NCBI GenBank assembly: GCA_012295275.1
Contig: CM022673.1
Coordinates: 7,936,001 to 8,000,000 of the forward strand
Direction of reading: 5' to 3'
From: Chrysomallon squamiferum
Lineage: Eukaryota > Animalia > Mollusca
DNA: 64,000 nucleotides
In this document: positions 54,611 to 64,000 of the stretch, in pieces
Numbering within the stretch: position 1 is the stretch's first letter
Layout: every line of letters begins with the position of its first letter
The notes under the pieces: model-generated
Told to the model about the DNA's origin: nothing
Seen by the model: the letters and a program-made list of their open reading frames with translations, nothing else
The model's database searches: none
Translations under genes and position numbers: made by a program

Positions 54611-56302
54611 AAATAAAAAAACTAGTTCACTTATTATTTCAGACTAATATTAATATACCTACATTGATATTTAAAATATTAATATGTATTTTATTTTTGC
54701 CTCGTGTTTATTATATTTTATCATTGATTTAGGTCATTCTGCAAAGTTAATGCTGGTAAAGGAACAGAAAAAGTATAAGAAAAAGGGAAATAAAGTTTCT
54801 GCAGGCAGATTGTTGGAAGCATTTTCAACAAAGTTACAGGTATACATCCTTTTGTGATTTACAAATATTAATCCAAATTCTTATTTTTAAAACATTTAAT
54901 GATGAAAAAGAAGTAATTACATTTAAATAAATAAACAAGTAAATGTTAAAAAGGGGGGAAATGGTAACCCTTATGACTAATCCAGATTCTTTTTTTAATC
55001 TCTGTCAGTAAAGATTACCTATATAAGGTATACAAAATTTATAATTAGGTCGTTGGGTTTTTATGACAATAAGTGTATTTTAATTAATTAAATGATCTAT
55101 ATTATGGTCTCATTTGTTTTTCAGGTTTTCACTTTCTTGAGAACTATTATTCTAAGAGTTGTTCCTGTTGAATTCTTTGGTTCCAAAAACAATAGAAACA
55201 TTATCATGAAAAGTATCCTTGATTAAAACTTCTCTGAAATTTTTGACAAATGAACATTTAAAATATTGAAAAATATTGAATATATGAATGAATTAATTTT
55301 ATTTTAAGAAAAAATGATAACAAATTTTTTTTATTTTAATAGACCTAACTCAGTAATTTTCCTTAATTGTGACAGAATTAAAAATCTTTATATCTTGTGG
55401 AAAATATGACAAGTTTTGTCTTGGCCAAATTATGACTGGATTAAAGGTATTTAAAGATTATTTAAGGATTTATATTGTTTATTAAAATATATATATATAA
55501 CCTTGTTGTAAATGTTTTTGTAAAATGCCAACAGTGCATTTAAAACATTGAATCATTACAATTTATATATTTTTAATAATAATAATATTAAACTGTACTT
55601 TTTTGGTACTTATAGAATATTTTATTGTATTATTTATTTATTATTTTTTTCAGGTTAAGTCTTGCAAATGGCTGAAAGCAGTTTTGGGTCATTCAGCTAA
55701 GGTTGAAAAACTGTCTCAGTTTACTTGGTGGCTCTTTGATGATTTCATTAGAGCGCTTCTGATGGTAAGCTGCGCCAAATTAAATAATACCCATTCCAAC
55801 AAGTGCTCCAAAATTAATGCTTCAAATATTTTGACATGGAAATTTTGACTATGAAAACAATATGCTTTAGAAATGAAATTGTGATTAATATAAACCTTTA
55901 TTTTTTTTAACTTTCACTAAATAACTATAAATTTCACATCCTGATATTTTAAAAAATACATATTTATGTTTTTGTATACGTCTCTGTGTTTGTATATACA
56001 AAATTTGACATTATATTTCACTTCATTATAACTTAGTTGAATTTGATTCACATTTGTATATATATATATATATATTATAATGTTTTAAAATGATTTGAAT
56101 TACTTCACAGGCCTACTTCTACATCACTGACACAACAACATACAGAAATCGTTTGTTTTACTACAGAAAAAATATCTGGCAAATTCTACACATGAGAGGT
56201 CTTCAGGGTAAGTTCAGTTTTTTACAATGTTGTTTTCTGTTGATGGTTATTAATATTTAACTTTTGTTTTATGCAAGACCAAATTATAAAATAATAATGG
56301 AG

Positions 56303-56342
<40 letters not shown>

Positions 56343-57563
56343 GATACTCTTTAATTATTACTGAATTTGTTTGGTCTTTAATTATTTTTCCATCTTTTGT
56401 GTTTTCATTTCTTTTTCTGTATCTATGTATGCATAAGGCTACTTGTTTGCATTTGTGTGTTTTCAACAAAAATTTATGAGAAAAGACAACTAAATATGTG
56501 TGATTTTTAATTTTTCAGACCTCATGAAAAAGAAAATGCTTCAGATGATTCCAGAGGTAGATATAATATTTAATTTAAAAAATATTGTTACAATTTATAA
56601 TGTGCATATAAATGTGAATTGATATAAAATACAACATCCTGTAATGTAACAACATAATATACAAACAGTACAATATAATACAAAATAATATAAATATTAA
56701 TTTAAATTTTAATAATCCACTATGATTGTAGGCAAAAGGGAGGGAACTGCTAAATTCTGAGTGTTGTCTTGGTTTGTCTTATCTGAGGTTCCTACCAAAA
56801 TGTGGATCACTGCGGCCTATTATAAACATGGGAAGACGAAGTGTGACTGGAACAAAGAAGGTATATAGTATTATATAACATCATCAGTTAGAAAGTTTGT
56901 CATTCATTATAAACACATAGAACTTTTCATCTGATTGTACAATATATTAATTTGTTAATATTTCTATTAGTTTTAATTTCTATTTAAAAGTAATAAAAGG
57001 CATTCATCAATAAAAAAAATTCACAAATATATTTTTTTATGAATAAGAGGTTTATTAAAATATATGTATTTTCAAAATGCAAATATGATATGGATTTATT
57101 TATTTATTTTATTTCCAGAACATTATTATGATTTTATTTTTTTTGCTATTTATTTTTGTCATTGTCTGATTGGTGGTTTTCCAAATATATTATCAATGCA
57201 ATATTTTTCAGTTTGTGGAACATGACTGTAAATTAATTATAAAATTTTTTCTTTTAGACCCTATCAATTAACCAGCAGCTGTTGACATTACTGCATGCTC
57301 TCAAGTATCATGTGGTAGGTGAATCAAATGTAACAAAAATAAAAACAACATAATCATAATGTTTTTATATTTTATTTTTTTCTATCAATGTTTCATTAAC
57401 ATAGAAAAGACGTTTTAAACTAATGTTGTTATAATTCAATCAGGTGATTTTATAATGAAAGTATAAAACTAAACTAGTAGTCATTTGCATTGTTTGCAAT
57501 AAGACTGCTAGTAAACAATATCTTTGTACTCTTTTTCATAAAAAGAATTTAGCCTCTTTTTAT

Positions 57564-57628
<65 letters not shown>

Positions 57629-60600
57629 TTATACAGTTGGTTCATTTATAAAATTTAAAAATTCAAATACATAGTTCAAACCTTGTATGATGAAACAAGG
57701 CAGTTATTTGTGCCAGAAACATTAAATTTCAATTTCCATTCTTAATTATTTTTTGTTTTGTTTTTTAAGCTTAAATGCAGATACAAAATAATAAAGCAAT
57801 AATTTAACTTTAGAATTTCTCAATGCATGTAACTCATTTTTTTTTTTCCTGTTTAAACTTCTGCTATCATGAATACATGTTGAAATATTTTTTAAATTTA
57901 TTTAAATATTTTTTTATTAAATATTTTATTGTGATGTTTATAGACAGATGATCCCAGCATTATAGGATCCTCTATGTTTGGGTTAGATGATGTGTACCAG
58001 GCCTGGATTAAGTTTTTAGAGTACAGAAATTTGAAAAAAGATAAAAGGTAAATCTTTATTTAAACTGACATCATTTTTTTCTTCACTTCATTGCACAGCT
58101 TAATTATTATTATAAATACAAAATGTAATTTCATACTTCTATATTTAAAAAGCCATGAGAAATGTTTAGCTTATAAATTTCAAATTCGGTCTCTGTACAA
58201 GATTTTCTTTTTGAATTTGTGGTCACTTTTAATTTGGTTGTGGCCTTTTAAGATCTGAGTTCACTGTTTTTTTATTGTTTGAAAAGCTGATGTGAATTTC
58301 TCTGTAGGAGTTTGTACTTTGTGAAGACTGACATAACTGGTTGTTTTGACTCTATTAAGCAGGAAAAGTTATATGAAATCATTGCTGACATTCTGGAAAA
58401 GGTTAGTGTAATAATTAAAAGCCTCCAAAATTTAAAACCTGATATTCATATTTAAAAAATTATGTATTCAGTCTGCACATACATGTGTTTTTTTATTCTG
58501 TTTGTGTAAATTTCTGTATTAAAATGATTTTTAAAACTAACACTTTTTAACATAAATTCATGATGGAATAAATTATTTTCTGAAATAAAGTTCAACATAT
58601 GAAAACAGTTTGAGATGCGGTCTGGTACATACTGGAGGAATCAGTCAATCAGTACATGTGATTTATTTTATGAAAATAGTTAAACCACTTTTAGGCCATG
58701 TGTGATGATTACTCATTGAAACATATCATGAATAATTTTATTAAATTTTAAATAAATTAATGTAACATATATATATTTTTTTATCAATCATGCACTTTGA
58801 TTCAATAAGGATGTATTTATTAAACTGTTTATGTTCACTTACCTAGAACACATCTGAGGAGTATGTGACAAGAAGATTTGCCAGTGTTGTTTTCACTGGT
58901 AACAGACTGAAGAGATGGTTTCACAGGGACACTAACACTCTCTTCACACACCAGCCTGATTTCTTTCACTTTACCAAGAAAAGAATCACAGAAGAGAGTC
59001 TTAGAAACATCATTCTTGTAGACCAGGTGTGTGTAAATAATTTTAAAATAGATAGTTTGTTTTCTATACTAAATACTAGTTAAAATTTAAGATTCATGTG
59101 TTGTGCCCATAAAGGCATCCATTAACAGCTGCTAAAATTACCTATGTACCACCTCCCTCGATGTCTCTGTCTGTGTGAAATCTCCAGTGTTACCTTTCTG
59201 CTTTGTTTCTGCTTTGTTTCTGGGTTGTTGTTTTTTTTTTCCATTGCCCTTTTCTCTATGCTTTTATATTTTTTCAGTTTTTTTCCTGTTTTTCAGTTAA
59301 TGTTTACAATAATGCTTACAAATCTAACTTAAACCTTCAGTTTCAGTGCTCATTATTCAAGACATTTTATGCAGTTAATCATTAACAGATACATAAAACC
59401 CATAAATTTTATATATGTTGCTGGTTGAAGATATCTAAACATTACATACTGATAAATATAAATGGAAAAGTATTTACATATTATTTTCCTCTGACTAAAA
59501 TATGTATGTGTCTATATATATATATATATATATTATGTTTCTGTGATATTTTATGATCTAGTGTTTCTACCTCTTCATCCATTAACAAAACTGTATTCTC
59601 TTTGAATTTGTTAGAAACAAATTAATAAAACAAATTTATTTATGTATTTATTTTCAGGTTGTAAATCAACATGATACTACAAACAACTTACTGAAGATAT
59701 TGCGATCTCACCTTTTCAACAATATTATTAAGGTATTAATTTTTTACAATATATGTCATTTATCAGTGAATGTGTGTGTGTGTGTTTATATTGTTTATGA
59801 AATTATATTCAGCATGTAAATTTGGTTTGTTTTACAAATTAGCTAAACATAAACCATTTTGGAATTTTTTTTTTTTCATATCATTCATTTTTGGGACACC
59901 ACATTTTAGAAACCAGAACAAAACCAGAAATAGCATTACATGAAGAATTTAAATTTGAGATTATTAATTCAAAATAGATTATAATATCTACAGGTTGGAA
60001 AACAGTTCTACTTGCAACATGTTGGTATCAGCCAAGGTTCAGTGCTGTCCACAATGTTGTGTAACTTATACTACGGACACATGGAGAGACAGACAATGGA
60101 TGTAGCCGATGATGAACTTCTGATGAGGATGGTTGATGATTTCCTATTTATAACTCCTTATAAAGAAAGAGCAGAAAAGTTTTTAAATGACATGCTTGAA
60201 GGTATTAAGAAATAGTTTAATTTTTAATTTTTTGTTAGTTAATTTAATACAGTAGGAGTAAGCTGAAGCTGCATTGCTAGAATTCTGACTTGAGATATAA
60301 TGGTGTGGAAGATGAGATCTCCTTAATGCTATTTACTGTTCCAGACAGTGTCCTGTTATTGTTTTATCTAACGATTTGTTTAAGAAGTTTACATAACCAG
60401 AATTTCTTAAGATGTAGTGAAATGTAAAAGTGGTAGAAGCAATAACACTGGAAGAAGGATTTTATTATTAGTGAAAAAACTGAATTAGACTAATAAAATA
60501 ATCACTTTGGAAAAAAAAAATGTGGAGTAAGTGTGGTACTTAGATTTGGATATTTTTTTAAATATATAGATTTTATTTTTCATTTTTTTTATGATATTTT

Positions 60601-60980
60601 TTTAAAATTTCCTTTATATAATCATTATTTTTGACAAAAAAAGAGAGGAAAAAACAAGAAATGAAATGAAAAAAAAATAATTGTTTTTTGTTTTTAAGGA
60701 AATGAAGAATACAATTGCAGAACAAATATTAATAAAATGCTCACAAATTTTCATGCTAGTGATTGCAACAAAGGAGAAATTCCATCTGTTAAAAAATCAG
60801 GTACAGATAATTTATTATTCATCCTTTTTATTAGTAGTGTATTATTGTCTTCACACCAAAACATTATTTATTAATATGAAGTAATAGCATAGTAATAGTA
60901 AGTAGCATTAATTTTGTAATACTAACATGATGATGATGATGATGATGATAATAACAATAATAGTAGTAGTAGTAGTAGTG

Positions 60981-61051
<71 letters not shown>

Positions 61052-62438
61052 TGTAACAGCAGCAGCAGTGGAGATAGTATAAGTAATACTAGTAATGGTG
61101 GTAGCAATATCAGTAGACTAATTACAGTATCGAATTAATTTTAGAAAAAGAATTATAAAGAATCAATTATTTGATTCAAAGTGACAGATCACATATTTGA
61201 CTGCTGAATAAGATTGGTGTTTTTTTTCAGAACCTCTTCCTTGGTGTGGTTTGCTCATCAACACAGAGACACTAGAAACATCTGTAGATTATTCCAGATA
61301 TGCTGGGCTTAGTAAGTTAGTTATATTTGAAAAAAAAATTAAAATTTCCCTGTTGTAGAATTAATAAAAAAAACCCTGTTTTTTTTGGAATCTGGTGTTA
61401 AAAAGGTGTAAAAATTGGATTTTACAGCTTTAAATAATATAAATGAGTAATTCTTCAAAAATTTCCTAACTCTTTTGCTCAAATTGATCCATCCTTCAGT
61501 ATTTATAACCCATTTTGAAATTATTATATTTAGCTTCTGTAAAAGATAATAAATTCATGAAGTTAGTCCTAAAAGTAAAAAAAAAGCAAGAAAAAAATTG
61601 TTCTACAATATTACACATACAGAATACACAGCTGACTAATTTTTATGTTCCTTGAATCCAGGTATTACTGACACAATAACCTTTGACCTTGCTCATCAGC
61701 CAGGTATGGCCATGAAAAATAAATTGCTGAAGTAAGTAGGTTTCAGACTTTAATGTAAATAGCAGCAAACATCCATTGGTTGGATGATCATTTGCTTAAA
61801 AAGAGAATGTCACAAATCAGCCATTTTTATTATTTTATTTGAGACATTTTCCATTTCCACCAGTGATGAATTAAAAGCTGTGATATTTTAAGGATTAATT
61901 TATTTTCTCTCTGCATTAAATATTATTAATAATTACAATATTACAAACTGCTTTTTAAATTCCCTGATCCTGCATAAAGAGAGCATAAACTAATTTAAAA
62001 TCACATATGTCAAATATTAAAGATAAATTATATATTTTACCTGAACAAAATAAAAATAAAATAATATAGTAATTCTTGTGTATTTTAGCTCACTTAGGCC
62101 CAAATGCCATGGGATATTTTTTGATTCCAAAGTGAGTGAATATAAATTTTTATCTTTCCTGTAAAAAGAATATTACTAAATAAAAATAACCACAAAAAAA
62201 AAAAAAAAATAAAAAAAAAAAAAAAAATTAATAAAATAAAATAAATAATAATAAATTAATTAAAAAAAAAAAAAATCTATTCATTATATTAGGAAGGTTC
62301 GTTTATTTTTATGTTGGTGAAAAAATTACACTTTCAAGTAGTTGCCCTAACTCTAATTTGTATAAAAAGTATAAAATAAGATTAATAATTTTAGTTAATA
62401 ATATTTTCAGTTTTATTTGTCTTAAAAAGAAACATTTT

Positions 62439-62469
<31 letters not shown>

Positions 62470-63856
62470 CTTTATGGTTTGGCCAAATGAATAGTTCTAA
62501 AAATTAAATTGGTTGCTATGGGTAAAACTATGTGTTAAATAATCAAACAGTTCTTGCTATACCAAGTCACCATTGTTTTCTGAATATATGATGATAAATA
62601 AACATGACATTGTTGCTATGGTTTCAGATCAACAGTGAGGAGATGATTGTTATTAATGTGTACAAACTGATGCAGTTGACAGCACACAAGTTTCATGCCT
62701 ACTTGATGCATTTCCATTCATCTCAAAGGTCCTCCAGCAATACACAGTTTTTTCTAGGTATGTCAGTGTAATAAATGTACACAAAGAAAAAGACACATTT
62801 AAAAAAAACTTAACCCAACTGAATAAGCAAAGTATTTAATATTCCTAAATTTTTATTTTATCTTATATATGAATATTTAAAAAATATATATATTTATATA
62901 TATCCATGGCATGCACACACAAATAAGATCACAAAACTATATAAAAAACAACAACATTAGTATACAAAGAAATATTTATAACTTAAATAGCATAAGAGTA
63001 AATAAACCTAAAAATAAATTATTTCATATAACATAAATTATATTTAGTGTATAATTTGCTCATGTACAGATAATAAACTTATATGGATTTTGTTTCAGAC
63101 ATGATTTTGGCTTTGTCCTCACATCTGTATTCTCAGTCTACTGAAAAAATGACTGATAGACAGGCAAGTTTCAAAGTTGGGTTTCATTTTCATTCCGATT
63201 TTTTATCTATTCGTTTTATCAGTATATGCAACAAGCTAAAATGAATTTAAATATGTTAGTGGACATTTAGTCATAATGTTTAATTTGCTGTTCATTTAAT
63301 TATGTATGGCATGTAAGTCTTCATTATAATTTGTTTTCTATTACAGGAAGGGTTTAGTGGAAAGGTTTTTCCTTTATCACTCAATACAGTCAAATGGTAA
63401 GATAAAATTTAATATTGTGTGTGTGTGTGTGTGCATGTGCATATATGTATGTATGTCTATGTATATATTTATGTATATGTATGTATATATGTATATATAT
63501 GTGTATGTGTATGTATGTATTTATGTATATATGTATATATATATTTATGTATATGTATATATATGTATATCTGTGTATATATATATATGTATATATATGT
63601 ATGTATATCTATGTGTGTGTATATATATATATTAACAAATTATAGCACCTTAGCTGTTAAAAATATTTTGTGTATTCTTTCTGATTTGTACAGTTAATTT
63701 TTTTTATATATATCAGCCTTTAGGTATAATTTAAATTTTTATTTTTTAAGGTTGACTCTTGAAGCTTTTTTGTCAAAGCTGAAACAACATCACTCAGTGC
63801 ACAGCACACTCATCAAAGTACTGCAAGATATCAAGAGAGGTCTAAACAAAAAACTG
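46806..63856 (+). CDS. TERT: telomerase reverse transcriptase, 31 exons in window, 3' end beyond window, ~4 frameshifts in exons 8-9
   Basis: Exons 46806-46820 (start uncertain), 47667-47785, 48245-48365, 48862-48912, 49232-49344, 49849-49934, 50251-51109, 51547-51616, 51965-53506, 53813-54027 (or 53856), 54733-54839, 55125-55212, 55376-55446, 55654-55764, 56111-56207, 56519-56556, 56732-56860, 57258-57314, 57944-58047, 58308-58401, 58847-59026, 59658-59732, 59994-60201, 60699-60800, 61231-61311, 61662-61731, 62089-62131, 62628-62757, 63099-63163, 63347-63396, 63751-63856. Motifs: GQ (KNVLTFAF, WKTLLSRVGDEIM, YIQVAGLPVYEL), TFLY (RMNFLY), CP (NHGKCPHRQLLNHYCP), QFP (QVFTFLR..VPVEFFGS), T (YFYITDTTTYRNRLFYYRKNIW), 1/2 (LRFLPK, LRPIINM), A (LYFVKTDITGCFDSI), B' (GISQGSVLS), C (LMRMVDDFL), D, E (PWCGLLI), CTE. 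Confidence 0.96.
55213..55375 (+). other. U12-type (minor spliceosome) GT-AG intron in TERT
   Basis: Donor |GTATCCTT. Branch site TTTTCCTTAAT at 55357-55367, about 10 nt before the AG, with no polypyrimidine tract. Splicing keeps the frame (NIIMK-K-LKIFISCGK). Confidence 0.88.
60960..61048. repeat. (TAG)n microsatellite within a compound GAT/AAT/TAG/CAG tract
   Basis: Long AGT repeat in TERT intron 24. Confidence 0.9.
63164..63346 (+). other. probable GC-AG intron in TERT
   Basis: CAG|GCAAGT donor, in phase 0 with the next exon EGFSGKVFPLSLNTVKW. Confidence 0.6.
63415..63631. repeat. (TG/TA)n degenerate microsatellite
   Basis: Continuous alternating purine-pyrimidine tract in TERT intron 30. 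Confidence 0.9.
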
Positions 63857-64000
63857 GTAAGTAGTTGAATAGATAGTATCTTTCTGCCAAGTAATTTCAA
63901 GTGCTGACCTAAGGAAAGAAGGAAGGGTACACTGCTTTTTGCTTCTTTTTACTGAAACACATTTCCCCCTTTACTGGTATCTTAATATGATTCTGTATAT

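Noticed and set aside
59994-60201. RT motifs as a retrotransposon or Penelope element
   Set aside because: They are embedded in a spliced gene with telomerase-specific GQ, CP, QFP and T motifs.

Overview
AT-rich, intron-dense animal genomic DNA, not prokaryotic. Mosaic CpG depletion and degenerate SINE cores suggest an invertebrate, probably a mollusc (inference). Four spliced genes were reconstructed by hand as two head-to-head pairs: TEX10 (minus, 15 coding exons, about 895 aa) with SLC50A1/SWEET1 (plus, 6 coding exons, 219 aa), and MINDY4 (minus, 17 exons) with TERT (plus, 31 exons in the window, running off the right end). The TERT gene is the most unusual feature. It predicts more than 1700 aa, has a roughly 490-aa low-complexity insertion inside the RNA-binding domain, a U12-type intron in the QFP region, a probable GC-AG intron, and non-canonical residues in the GQ, T and B' motifs. 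It also has about 4 frameshifts confined to exons 8-9, which could be assembly errors or a real allele. The left 17 kb holds a Tc1/mariner-type (Tc2/pogo-like) MITE, the 5' end of an unidentified minus-strand gene, and a CpG-rich intergenic block with possible decayed LRR/TIR exons and a CRE cluster. All identifications come from manual translation and recalled family motifs; no searches were run.
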